A stretch of DNA of 64,000 nucleotides. Origin: the human T2T-CHM13v2.0 reference genome, Homo sapiens. This document shows, piece after piece, positions 1 through 15,923 of this stretch. Numbering within the stretch: the first letter of the stretch is position 1; each line of letters begins with the position of its first letter. A model generated the notes under the pieces. It searched no databases, had not been told where the DNA came from, and saw only the letters and a list, made by a program, of their open reading frames with translations. Location: the NCBI RefSeq assembly GCF_009914755.1, contig NC_060933.1; one strand, given 5' to 3'. The position numbers were made by a program, and so were the translations under genes.

Positions 1-30
1 AGCGAGACTCCATCTCAAAAAAAAAAAAAA
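1..30 (+). mobile_element. 3' end and poly(A) tail of an Alu, cut by the window edge
   Basis: agcgagactccatctc followed by an A run is the standard Alu 3' end. Confidence 0.9.
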
Positions 31-690
31 GGAATTCAAAATAATTATGTTAAGCAAACTCAGCAAGATGCAAGAAAATGCAGATAGACAATTCAACGAA
101 ATAAGAAAAGCAATGCATGAAGAAAATTAGAAATTCAGCAAAGAGAAATCATGAAAAAGAACCAAGAAAAAATCCTGGAACTGAAGAATGAATGAATAAA
201 ATTAAAAATGCAATAGCGAGCTTCAACAGCAGCCTTGATCAAATGAAAGAATCTGAAAATGTGAATACAAGTCTTTTAGAATTATTCAGTCAGAGGAGGA
301 TAAAAAGAACAAAAAGAGTGAAGAAAGGCTGTGGGACTTACGGGACACAAGCAAACCAATAGATAAATTATGAAAATATATGGAAATTAAACACACTCTT
401 GACAGCCAATGGGTCAAAGATGAAATCAAAAGGGAATTAAAAATAGTTTGAGGCAAACAATAATGGAAACACAATGTACAAAAACTTATAAGATGCAACA
501 AAAGCAAGGGAAGCTTATAGTGATAAACATCCATATTAAGATAAATAAAATATTGCAAATAAATAACCTAACTTTATAGTTCAAGAAACTAGATAAAGGA
601 AAACTATGGCTAAAGTTAGCAGAATGAAGGGAATACCAACAATCAGAGCATAAATGAAACAGATGAAGGAACACCACAGAGCAAAAGAGC
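31..690 (+). mobile_element. Old L1 (L1M-type) fragments: ORF1 remnant joined to an ORF2 remnant
   Basis: A-rich, ORF1-like coiled-coil sequence (gaaatcctggaactgaagaat-like, agcttcaacagcagccttgatcaa). Near 360 it jumps to ORF2-like sequence (tggaaattaaacacactcttgacagccaatgggtcaaaga). Confidence 0.8.
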
Positions 691-2665
691 CAAATAGAAT
701 CCTCCAGTGATTGCACCCTCTGCTGGAACACCAAATTGAACAACTATTCATACAAGAAAGCACCTCTGTAAGAACTAAAAATCTAGTGAGTGATCACAGT
801 ACCTGATTTTAGCATCCTATCAAGAAAAGAGGCATTAAGGTGGTTAGAAAAGACAGTCTTGAATTGCCAACATCAACACTCCCTCATCCTCTGGCAACAG
901 CCACATGGCATGGAGAGAGAATCTATGTTCTTGAGAGAGGGACAGCACAGTGATTGTGGGGCTTTGCGTTGGAACTAGATGTTACCCGTCACAGTGGAAA
1001 GCTGTACTGGGCAGAATTCAACCTGTGCCCACTAAGGTAGCATTAAGCCAGCCCTAGCCAGAGGGGAAATGTCCCTCCCAGCGGTCAGAACCTGAGTTCT
1101 GGCTAGCTGCACTACCATGGGCTAAACAATCTGGGGTCCGAAATACACTTGGAAGGCAATCTAGGCCACAAAGACTGAAATTCCTGGGCAAATCCTAGTA
1201 CTTTGCTGGGCTCAGAGCCAGTAGGCTTGGCGTGTATGAGACCTAGTGAGATATTTTCTGCTGGAGGAGAGGGAAGAATAAAAAAGAATTTTTCTTGCAA
1301 TGTGGATACCAGCTCAGCCACGTAGAATAGGACATTAGTCAGAGTCCTAAGTCCCACATTCAAGGATCTAGCTCCTAGATGACATTTCTAGACACATCCT
1401 AAGCCAGAAGTGAACCCACTTTCTTGAAAGGAAGGACCTAGTTCTGGCAGGATTTATCACCACTGACTAAAAAGCACTTTGGCCTTGAATAAACACCAGC
1501 AGTAGCCAGACAATTTTTGCCATGGACTTTGGGTGAGACTATGCCGTGCTGGCTTCAGCATGACCCAGCACATTCCCAGCTGTAGTGGCCATAGTGAGAG
1601 ACTCCTTATCCTTGAGGAAAGCAAAGGAAAGATTGGGAAGAACTTTGTTTTACAGCTTGGGTACCAGGTCAGCTGCAGTAAAATAGAGCACCAAGTAGAT
1701 TCCTGAGGCTCCTCACTCCAGGCCCTGCCTCCCAGACCAGGAGAAGAGCTCACCATCCTAAAGGGAAGGACACAAGTCTGTCTGGATTTACCACCTGTTG
1801 AGCAAAGAGCCCTTAGGCCTTGGATGAACATCAGCAGTAGCCAGGCAGTGGTCACAACAGACCTTGGGTGGGACCCAGTACTATACTGGCTTCATGTCTG
1901 ACGTGGCCCAGTCTCAGTGGTTGTGACCACAAGGGTGCTTGTGTTACCCGTGCTCCAGCTCCAAACAGCTCAGCATGGAGATAGAGCCTTTGTTTGTTTG
2001 AGAAAAAGTAATAGAAGAGAATAAGAGTCTCTGCCTGGTAATCCAGGGAACCCTCCCAGATGTTATCTAAGACCACCAAGGGAGTACCTTTACAAGTTGG
2101 CAGAAGTTACAGTGTTACTGGGCTTGGGGTGCCTTGTAATGCAGATATGGCTGCAGTGACCAAAGTTTTAGATCACAATACTCAGTTCCCTTTGAATATT
2201 TGGAAAACCTTCTTAAGGATGAGTAGCAACAAGCACAGATTGTGAATGCTACAATAAATACCTAATTCTTCAGTGCTCAGACACTGATGAACATCCATCA
2301 GCATCAAGACCATTCAGGAAAACATGACCTCACCAAACAAACTAAATAAGTCACCAGTGACCAATGCTGGAATGATAGAGATATGAGACCTTCCAGACCA
2401 AGAATTTAAAATAACCATTTTGAGAAAGCTCAACAAAATTCATGACAACACAAATAAGGAATTTCGGATCCTATCAGACAAATTTAACAAAGAAATTGGA
2501 ATGATTTCAAAAAATCAAGCAGAAATTCTGAAGCTGAAAAATTAACTTGACATACTGAAGAATGCATCAGAGTCTCTCAAAAGCAGACTTGATTAAGAAG
2601 AAAGAATTAGTGAGCTTGAAAACAAGCTATTTGAAAATACAGTCAGAAGAGATAAAAGGAAAATC
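690..2665 (+). mobile_element. L1 5'UTR and ORF1 start (L1M1/L1MA/L1PB-type 5' end)
   Basis: GC-richer 5'UTR with internal repeats, followed by gcatcaagaccattcaggaaaacatgacctcaccaaa, which is typical of the L1MA/PB ORF1 start. Degenerate ORF1 runs to about 2660. Confidence 0.8.
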
Positions 2666-2669
2666 ATAA

Positions 2670-4150
2670 ATATGCCATGAAAAAATTGTTAGAACTAGTA
2701 AACAAATCCAGTAAAGTTGTAAGATACAAAATCAACATAAAAATCAGTTGTGCTTCTATATGCTAGGAATGATGTATCTGAAAAATAAATTAAGAAAATT
2801 ACCTTTACAGTAGCATTAAAAACACTTAGAAATAGATTTAATTTAGGAGGTGAGAGATCTATAGACTGAAACTTATAAAATATTGATGAAACAACTTGAA
2901 GAAGACACAAATAAATGGAAAGATTTATGAACTGTGTTTATGGATTGAAAGAATTAATATTGTTAAAAAGTCCACACTAACCAAAAGATCTGCAGATTCA
3001 ATGCAATTTCTATCAAAATTTCAATGCTTTTTATGTAAATAGAAAAAAAATTCCTAAATTTATATGTTGCCACAAAAAAATCCCAATAGCTAAAGCAATC
3101 TTTAGAAAGATAAACAAAGCTGGGGGCATCACATTTCCTAATTTCAAAGTATATTAAGGTATAGTAATCAAAACAGTGTAGTGCTAGCATAAAAGCAGAC
3201 ACATGGTACAATGGAACAGAACAGAGAGTCCAGAAATAAACTTAAACTTATAAAGTCAACTAATTCTTTGAAGAGATGCTAAGAATACACAATGGGGAAA
3301 CCATAGTCTCTTCAATAAGTGATGTTGGGAAAACTGGATATCCACATGCAAAAGAATAAAATTGGACCTTTCTCTTATACCATACACAAAAAATAAACTC
3401 AAAAATAATTAAATATTTAAATATAAGACCTAAAATCATAAAACTACTAGAAGAAAACATAGGGATCTCAGCATTAATCTTGGCAATTGTATGAATATGT
3501 CTTCAAAAGCAAAGGCAACAGAAGCAAAAATAAACAAATGGGACTACATCAAATTTACAAGTTTCTGCACAGCAAAAGAAATAATAAGATGAAAAGGCAA
3601 CTTATGGAATGGAAGAAAATATTTGCAAATGTTATATCTGTTAGGTGGCTAATATATAAAATATATAAGGAATTCATACAACTCAATAGCAACAAAATCA
3701 AGTAACCCAATCATATTAATAACATGGGCAAAGGAAGCAAATAGTATGTTTTTTTAAACGCATACAAATGCCCAGTAAGAATACACAAAGATGTTCAGCT
3801 TCACTAATCATTGGAGAACTACAGATCAAAACAATAAGATATCACCTTGCACATGGTAGAAAGGGGATTATTTTAAAATCGTATACTAACAAGTGTTGGA
3901 GAGGAAATGGAGAAAAGGGAATATGTGCACACTATTGGTAGAATTTTAAATTAGTCAAAGCATTATAAAAGACAGCCTGGAGGCCCCTCACAAAACTGAA
4001 AATAAAACTACTGTATAATCAAGGATTTTCACTTCTGATTAGATATCCAAAGTACCAGTATCTCAAAGAGATATCTCACTACTGTGTTTACAATAGCCAA
4101 CATATGGAAATAGCCTAAGTGTCTGTCAATGGATGAATGAAGAAAATGTG
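2670..4150 (+). mobile_element. L1 ORF2 C-terminal half and start of the 3'UTR (L1M-type), degenerate
   Basis: Decayed ORF2 motifs (KLLELVNK..KVVRYKINIK; cagattcaatgcaatt; aaactggatatccacatgcaaaagaat; cctaagtgtctgtcaatggatgaatga), with many stops and frameshifts. Confidence 0.9.
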
Positions 4151-4151
4151 A

Positions 4152-4202
4152 CTCTCTCTCTCTCTCTCTCTCTCCACATATATATATGTATATATATATA
4201 TA
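4152..4202. repeat. Compound (TC)n/(TA)n microsatellite
   Basis: ctctctctc...ccacatatatatatgtatatatata is directly visible. It sits at the junction between + and - strand L1s. Confidence 0.95.
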
Positions 4203-5939
4203 ATTGATATGTGAATGTCACTTATTCCAGCACAATTTGTTGAAAAAAGCATATTTTCTTCATTAAATGTTTCTTGTGTCTTTGTTAAAGGTCAATTGAC
4301 TTCATTTGCATAAATCAATTTCTGGGCAATATATTCTATTCCATTGACCTATGGAGATATTTTTTTTCACGAATACCATGCTTTCTTAGTTACCTAAGTC
4401 TTATAAATCTTAAAGTTCAGTGTGTGGGTTCTTTAAATTTATTCTTGGTCAATATTGTGTTGGGTATTCTAGGGCACTTGTCTTTCTGTATAATTTTAGA
4501 ATAAGTTTGTTAATACTTATAAAATGGTTTATTGAGATGTTGATTACAATGACTCTGTAGATCAAACTGAGATGAACTTACATCATAATAATATTGAGCT
4601 GTTCTGTTCATGAACACTGAACATTTCTCCATTTATTTACATCTTCTTTAACTTGTTTAATCAGTTTATAGATACTTTGTTAGATTTATAAAGTTTTTTT
4701 TGTGTATGCGGTAGTGGTGGTATTTCCAATTTCACTTGTCCATTCCTGGTATATAGGAAAGCAATTGATTTCTATACATTACCCTTTTCCTGCAACCTTA
4801 CTATATTCACTAATTAGGTCCAGGAGTGTTGTTGTTGCTGTTGTTTTTGTCAATTCTTAGGGAATTTCTATGTAGACAATCACCTTATTTCTAAGCAAGA
4901 ACAGTTTTATTTGTGCATTCCTAATCTTCATATAATTTTTATCATTTTCTTTAATTATTGCACTAGTTAGGAACTGCAGTATGATATTGAATAGGAGTGC
5001 TGAGAAAGAACATCCTTGACTCATTCCTCATCTTGGGAGAGAAGTATTCAGTTTCTAAGCATAAAGCAATAGTGGGTTTTGTTGTTGTTGTTTGTTTGTT
5101 TTGTAGACATTATTTTTCAAGTTGAAGAATCTTGCCTCTGTTATTAGTTTGCTGAAAAGTTTTTATCATGATTTTTCTAAAATTGTCAATAAGATCAAGT
5201 TGATTTAGCTGTCCAGGTAAACTACATCCTTACTAATTTTCTGCTTGATTTTTCTACCAATTACTAAAAATAAAAACACTGTTGAATTTTTAAATTATAA
5301 TAGTGGATATGACCCTTACTCCTTACTTCTAACAGTTTCTGCCTCTTGTCTTTCGACTCTTAAATATAACTGACTCTGCTGTTAGGTGCATACATGTTTA
5401 GAATTTTTATTTCTTTTTGAGGAATTGACCAAAATTTCCCAAATTTAAGTAATACTCATCCTTAACTATGATAATATTTCTTATTGTGCTTTTAAATCTG
5501 CTTTGTATAAAATTAATATAACTACTCTTTCTTTGATTAGTGTTAGTCTGGCATATTGTTCTCCATCCTTTTACTGTGAGCCTGAGTCTTGATTTTTTCA
5601 GTGAGTTTCTTGTAGACAACATATAGTTGAATCTTTTTTTTTAATCTACACCAAGAAGCTAATTGGTATAATTAGATTGTTCATACTAAAGCTGATTACT
5701 GACATAGTTAAATTCATTTATAGTGTTGGTAAGAGTTTTTGTTGATGTTTTCTTTGCCCTCTCCTTTTTTATTGCCTTCTTGGTTTTTACTGAGAATTTT
5801 ATATTATTCCATTTTTTTCTGCTCTGTTAATATATGAATTATACTTCTTTAGAAAATAGTAGTTTGTCTGGAATTTGCAAATTAAATTTTCTCTAATCTA
5901 AATCTGTATTCAAATAACATCATACCACATCATTTATAG

Positions 5940-6332
<393 letters not shown>

Positions 6333-7263
6333 TAAATACTTAATATGTTATTACTATTATTAATTTAAATAAATAGTTATTGTTTTGGCCAATTAATAAT
6401 AAAAATACAAGATTTTACTTTACCATCATAAATTTTTTTCCCAATATCCAAACTTTTGTTAATGTAAATCCAAGTTTATGACTTACATGTTTTTCTTTTT
6501 CCTGAAGAACTTCTTGTAATATATCTGAAAAATCAGGTTTACTGATGAAAAATTCCCTCAGTTTTTGGCTGAAGAAATTATGATTTCCTCTCTTAACTTT
6601 TAAAGGATGATGCCTCTCAGTGTAGAATTCTAGGTTGATGCTCTTTTTTTTTCTTTCAATATTTAAAATATATCATCACATTCTTTTTATTTGCATGTCT
6701 TCTGATGATATATAACTATTATTTCATTTATAAGCAAATTCCCCCAGTTCCTCAAATCTGACTTCTTTCAAGATTTTATCTTTGTCTTTTGTTATCTACA
6801 ATTTGAATATGATATGCCTATGTATAGATGTTGATGACAATGATGGTGATGATGATGATTGGTGTTTATCTTGCTTGATTAGAAAAAAAAAGATTTCTGA
6901 ATTTATGATTTGCTGTCTCTCATTAATTTAGAAAAATTCTCAGCCATTATTTCTCCAAGTTTCCATTCTGCTTCTTTCTTTCTTCTCCTCTGATATTTCA
7001 ACTATAACTATGTTACACTTTATGAAATTGTGACATAGTTGAATATTTTATTCTGTTTGTTTGCTGTTGTTTTTCTCTCATTTTCTTTATTTCAGTTACG
7101 TAAATTCCTACTGACACATTTTCAAGCTTGCTGTTTTTCTTAGCCACACCCAGTATAATCATGAGTCCAATAAAGGCATTCTTCATTGCTGTTACAGTGT
7201 TTTAGATTTCTAGCATTTCCATTGGATTCTTTCTTAGAGTTTCTTTCTTTATCCTCACATTAC

Positions 7264-10099
<2,836 letters not shown>

Positions 10100-12134
10100 G
10101 TAATCTTTTTTTTTATATTTCAAACTGCTATGTCATATCTGAATCTTCTTTTGATGCTTACTTTTTCTCATCAGACTGTGTGGGGTTTTTTTAGTTTATT
10201 TGTTTTGTTTTTAGAAGGTCTTGTAATTTTTTGTTGAAAGACATAATATATTGCATAATAGCGATTGAGATGAATCTGGTTTAATGTTTAGTTTTATTCT
10301 ACTCTTGTTATGAATTAAACGTGCTTAATGCTTGGTATAGCTTTACGTGACAGAAGCTTCAAACCCTTCTCTTATTTTTCTTTTGTCTCTCTTGTCAACT
10401 TTAGACTTCTCTAATTACTCTTCTTCAGAGAGAGTCTGTGTCCTGCATCCCTGTAAGTATTATCCAGTGCCATTTGATGGGGCCTTGTTCATGTGTTATG
10501 AAGAACCATTTCACTATCATTACTATTCTCCATTTCTTGCAACAGTCACTAGTGGATCTCTCTCTTTCCTTACCATGAGAACCTGGTGGGGTTCCTACTG
10601 GTAAATCTTATGAATGTATGAGGAATCTACTAAGTCTGTGGCCCTAGAAAATTTTCACTTTTATACTAGTCTACATTCTACCTTCACAAAACCATCAAAA
10701 TTACTATTTAAAGGTTTCTAGTACCTTCCGCTTCAAGTGTGAATATTCTCTGTATTTGCCTATATTTTCAAGTTAAGAGATTGGTTTGCTCTGCAACCTC
10801 AGTTCTCTAATGGGTCCAAGAACATGCTTCTTTTCAGTGATTGTGTGTGCACGTGGGGGTGTGTGTGTGTGTTGTAAGGATACATGTGACAACTTGCAAT
10901 TTCATTCCATGTTAGAAATACAAAGAACCTAAATATTTTTCATACCAAACACATATATCAAGTACATTAGAGCAGATGCCTGGAGCAGGATGTGGTGTCG
11001 TGCATGAAGAATGGAAGTGGAGAGAAGGCATGTAGAGGAATAAAACAAAAGCAAATAATCTAGTATAATAAAACTGGAAAGCAGTCTTGCATGAACCAAT
11101 TCTATGAGAGTATGCTGCAAACTGAGGAAACTGATTAACTGTATATTTGCTCTCAATGACTCAGCTATACAGTGGATTAAATTAGTTACTAGGAATGGAA
11201 TCCACAAATCTGTACTTTTAAAAAATATGATCATCAGAATATTTTGAAATTACCCTGTAGTTGTCTGGTATTGTGCTCCTTGTATCTCTTCTGTGTTCTT
11301 TGTGTCTTATTTTCCCACCCTCCACAGCTGAACTTCAAAATTCTCCCTCTGAGTTTCCACCGAAGGACTTTTTGAATGCCTCTATCTTTCTCCAGTAGCC
11401 ACAGCCAGCCACTGGCTGCGCTTCATTTCCTGCAGAAGCTCAGTTACTTGGGTACTTCTCAGGAGCAGCTGTTAGGCAATCTGGAGGGCAAGGCAGTGAT
11501 GCTTTGCCTTGGGGGAGGGCTGCTTATGGAGGGAGAAAGCAGCGGCAGTGGAGGCATTCAGAGGTCTTGGATGGAGGGTCTTCTGAGGAGTATCAGGGAG
11601 GAAAGAGGCATGATCAGAAGTCTCCCTCACTGGTGCCTCCACCCCTTGAGGTTTCTAAGGTAAAAGCACTTGTGATCTGCCCAGGTCTAGAGGCCCCAGA
11701 GTCAGTGAGGGTCACTGATGAGAAAGTAGAAACACCAGGTCATTGGGATCACCCTTGTGAAAGCTGCCTGCCTCAGGAAGAGATGAGCCACGACCTGACA
11801 GCCTGGCCCACATTCGTACTCCTCAAATATATCCCTCTTCTCACACCAAGAATGATTCTTCGTTCCAGAGGTGAGATAAAAGTAAAAGAATTTAAAGCTG
11901 TCAAACAATCTGTGTGGAAGTGAAGTATGAGAAACAGTACAGTTGTTTTTAAAAAACTGTGTCCTGGGAGTTGGAAGACCTGCCTTCTGGGCCTGAAACC
12001 TTGGTCAAACCTTGGCATAACCTTAGAGAAGTAAAGCAATCTCTCCTGGTCTTTGTTTCTACATCCTGTTGAATTGGTGAAATGTTGTTGGCAATGAAAG
12101 TTAAAGAAAAAGAGAGAAGCCCTGGGTTCTCTCT

Positions 12135-13060
12135 CAATTAGTTGACTGTAAACTCAGTATCGATCTGTGACATGATGTAACTCTGATGAAATTAAGGCGA
12201 TATTAGACTGCTTAAGGAGGGAGATGTCTGTTCTATTTTGTTCTGTACTGATCAGATTGTCTGAAATACAAAGACTAGTTCTTAATTATGCTTTTAGAGG
12301 ACATATTAAGGGGAGAGAAACTGAGGCAGTAAATGAGAAAACTCAAAATCAGGGAAATATGCTATTGGAGCAAAAAATAACCAGAGGAAAAAAATTTGCT
12401 TCATTTTATTACAATAGTCAAGACATGGCTACAAGGAGTGAATGCTTGTTTTGTGCTAAGTAGTGTCTTAGAAACTTTGAATGTACCATTTCATTTAATT
12501 CTCACACTGTATCTGAGGGAATCAATGTGTGTGTTTCTGTGTGTATGTATGTGTATGTGCGTATGTGTGTTACTCTGTAGTAAAACTGATGAAACTGAGT
12601 TTTAATGAATGACATTAATATTTCTGACAACACACAGAGAGTGAGGATGCCTGGATTCAAGTCTATGTGATTCTGGCAAAAGACCTAGCCCCTAACTCAT
12701 AACAGCCACAAAAGAAAGCAAGAGTTTTTAAGTCCTTAAAGAGTGTCACAGGTGCTCTGTCTGTCTCTAGTAGCAGAACCAGGACTTACATCTGGAAGTA
12801 AGGCCTGTATGACTTATGTATGAAGTCATACAAGACTTAAGTATGATGATGAAATTCACCTCAATTATGTACTTCTTAACAAATGAAGCTGCAAGACGAT
12901 TGGATGAGTATCTCACTAGAGTTAGTGATTGGAGGCATTGAAACAGAGGCGAGGCAAATATTCATCTGGGATATCTTTATGGCCATCTGGGCATGATAGA
13001 AGGTGAACTAGATGAACTCCAAGGTCATTTCCAACCTTGAGAGTTTATGGCTCTTTGATA
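12135..13060 (+). mobile_element. CR1/L3 LINE 3' fragments interrupted by a MIR and a (TG)n tract
   Basis: ttagttgactgtaaactcagtat…ttctgtactgatcagattgtctgaaata resembles L3. The end gaactagatgaactccaaggtcatttccaacc is the L3/MIR3 3' terminus. Confidence 0.6.
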
Positions 13061-13199
13061 ACCAAGTTCTAGCATGTTGTAACAGCCAGTGCTCCTAAGA
13101 GTTCACAACGCATACAGTATTTATGTGGATGATTAAGACAGGTTGCTATCAACATTCCTCAGAGAAACATAATAGACAAATAAAACAAACGTTAGAATT

Positions 13200-13430
13200 T
13201 ATTTATCCCTTACATAGCTTCAGTCACTAAGTGCTTTACACACTTTAAACCCCATAACAACATCTCAGAAAGCCTATTTTTAAATCATTTTACAAAGGGG
13301 ACATCTGAGATGCACAGTAGCTATCTTGTTTTCTCAAGTTCACAAGGCTAGTAGGTAGCAGAAGAGGAATTGGAACTCAGGCCTGTCTATCTCCCAACGC
13401 TTCTTCCTTACCATTCTGTTATACCACTTC
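13200..13430 (-). mobile_element. MIR
   Basis: Antisense MIR core (cattttacaaaggggacatctgag…caagttcacaaggctagtaggtagcagaagaggaattggaactcagg). Confidence 0.65.
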
Positions 13431-13720
13431 CCTCTACATGGTAAAATTTCTCTTTATTAAGAAATCTGAGGCTTAGATTGAAAGAAATTTTCTATGGATT
13501 CAATAATTTCCTAGTTGCCCTGTGCTCTCACTATACCTAAATAACCTCACTGAATACTCGCAACAGTTCTCTTAAGTGGGTATTATTACTCTTGTTTTAT
13601 AAATACAAAAATGAGAAGCAAAGAAACTGAGTACATCATTTCTCTTGGTCACATGCAATAATTGGCAGGACCAAAATACCTTTGCAAACCTGGATATCTT
13701 CACAATGAACTCACTTGACC

Positions 13721-14423
13721 TAGCTTACCAAGCAGATGTTTGATGCCAAGAACATGTTGGCTGCCTGCGATCCCTGCCATGGCTGCTACCTAATGGCAGC
13801 TCCCATTGTTGGTGGCTGCATGTCCATGAGGGAGGTGGATGAGCAAACGTATAACATCCAAAACAAGTACAGCAGCTACTTTGCTCATTGGATCCCCCAC
13901 AATGTGGAAAGAGCTGCTTGTGACATCCCACCCCTTGAGCTAAAAATGTCTGTTACCTTCATCAGTAACAACACGGCCATCCAGGAGCTGTTCAGGTTCA
14001 GGTGTATCTTGGAGCAGTTCACAGCCAAGTTCAGGTGCAAGGCCTTCCTAAGCTGGTACTCAGGCAAGGGCATGCATGACGTGGAGTTCGCTGAGGTCGA
14101 GAGCAACATGAACAACCTGGTGTCTGAGTATTAACAGTACCAAGACACCATACAGAGGAGGAGAGAGAGTTTGAGGAGTGGGCCAAGGAAAAGGTGGCTT
14201 AGACCCTTCTGTTACTAGGTGAAGGATGGAAGTGGCATGTATTTTTTAATCACTCACAGTGTTTTCTGTGATAGCAACACCTCACTGTGTGTGCACTTGC
14301 TGTGTATTCACCTCTATTACAACCTTTTCATAGTAAAAAAAATTAAAAAGCCTCTCAGAGAAACATAATAAAATTACATAAATTAAACAATAAAAATAAA
14401 AATAAATAAATAAAATAAATAAA
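13721..14423 (+). pseudogene. 5'-truncated processed beta-tubulin pseudogene (TUBB4B/TUBB8 lineage): C-terminal ~160 codons, 3'UTR and poly(A)
   Basis: The ORF at 13736-14134 translates to [13 protein letters not shown]…DIPP..LKMS…EQFT…[11 protein letters not shown], the beta-tubulin C-terminal domain. It has a premature TAA at 14132, a 1-nt deletion near 14153 and an in-frame 6-nt duplication at 13991-14002. The ancestral tail EEEREFEEWAKEKVA ends at TAG 14200-14202. The 3'UTR ends ttttcatagt and is followed by an A run at 14335 and an A-rich tail to 14423. Confidence 0.95.
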
Positions 14424-15557
14424 CGTGGACTGACCAAGTCCACAGTTAAAAAGCTAAATGATTTGCTTAGAGCCTTGGGAAATTACAACCAAGAATCCAT
14501 TGTTTTAAAAACCTTAGATAATTCTATTTTTCACACACCAGCAATGTTCATCATGGAAAGTCAATAAGTGTGCTTGGCTCTGTTTATGATGACTAGCACT
14601 TCAAATCTCATTTTCTGATTCATCCATACTCTACAAACAAATGTAATACGTGTTTTCTATGTATGTTTCACGAGATGCTAATACAAAGCAGTTTTGGACC
14701 AATCTATCTCAAAGAAAGGAGAACCTGTGCCTGGACTCTGACATAGAAACAAAAAACAAAACAAAACAAAAAACGAGACTCAAGCCCATAGAAGATCCCT
14801 TCCCAATAACAAGGGAATAAATTGATAGCAAAAGATGACTTTCTTCTGCTGAGTTCAGATTTGGCTCCTGAACTCTGCAAAAGGAAATGAGGGAATGAAT
14901 TTATTTCTGAGGCGCATTTGAAAAGGAAGCCAACTTTCCTCTCTGGCTTTTTTTTTCTTTTCTTTTTCTTTTTTTTTTTTTTAAGTATCAAAAGAATCCT
15001 TAAACACATAGGGAAGACAGGTCAACCATTCAAACCCCCGTGATTTCCTTCAGCTTTCTGCACATTTCATAAGTGAGGATTTTCTCTCAGAAACCACAAC
15101 AGCACGCAAAGCAAGCTCAATAGTGCAATGAGTTGTCACTGCCAAAGAGTTGTCACTGCCAAAGAGTTAGCCTCATCCTCATAGACGAGACACCAGGACA
15201 ATGTTTTCCTACCACAATGTTGTGAGGAAACCTGAGCACCCAGAAATCTAGGTGACTTTCATATTTCTAGCACATTGCTCCCCAAAATGTGGATTTGTAA
15301 CCTTGGTAGTTCTGAAATGTTTGTATGTAATACTTGTGATGATTGAAAGCATTCTTGAAATTGAAAAGGGCACTCAAAAATTGTAGATGGTACACAATTC
15401 CAATGCTAAGGAAAAGTGAATCACATGATGACAGAATTATTTTTATTTCAATTTTCTTCCAACTCTTTGAATTAAGTCAAGGAAAATAAAACCTTCCAAT
15501 TTTGAGCTAAAATAGGTCTTCAACGCCTAATTTAACACCCCTTTAAAAGAAAAAAAT

Positions 15558-15820
15558 TGAGACAGTTCTCACTTCATCACTCAGGCTGGAGTGCAGTGGC
15601 ACAATCCTGGCTCATCACACTTCCAACATCCTATGCTCAAGCGATCCTCCGTCTTCAAACTGCTGAGTAGCTGGGGCTACTCAGGAGGTGCATGCCACCA
15701 CACCTGGCTGATTTTTATTTTTATTATTTTTTTTTTTTTGTAGATATCGCTCTGTTGCCCAAGTGGTCTCCAACTCCCAGGCTCAAGCGATCCTGTCTGA
15801 GCCTCCCAAAGGGCTGGGAT
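15558..15820 (-). mobile_element. Alu (AluJ-type), degenerate, lacking its 5'-most bases
   Basis: Reverse Alu with AluJ-like gctcaagcgatcctcc motifs and high divergence. Confidence 0.9.
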
Positions 15821-15923
15821 TTTTTTTGTTTGTTTGTTTTTTAACAAAGAAGAAACAGGTCTCATCTCAAGAGCCTTAGGCCACTAAAAATATCTAACTA
15901 GGATTCAGTCAAATTTAAAGCTA

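Noticed and set aside
11376-11923. 95 and 139 aa ORFs in purine-rich unique sequence with possible splice donors
   Set aside because: No recognisable protein similarity or convincing exon structure. A lncRNA exon cannot be excluded without RNA data.
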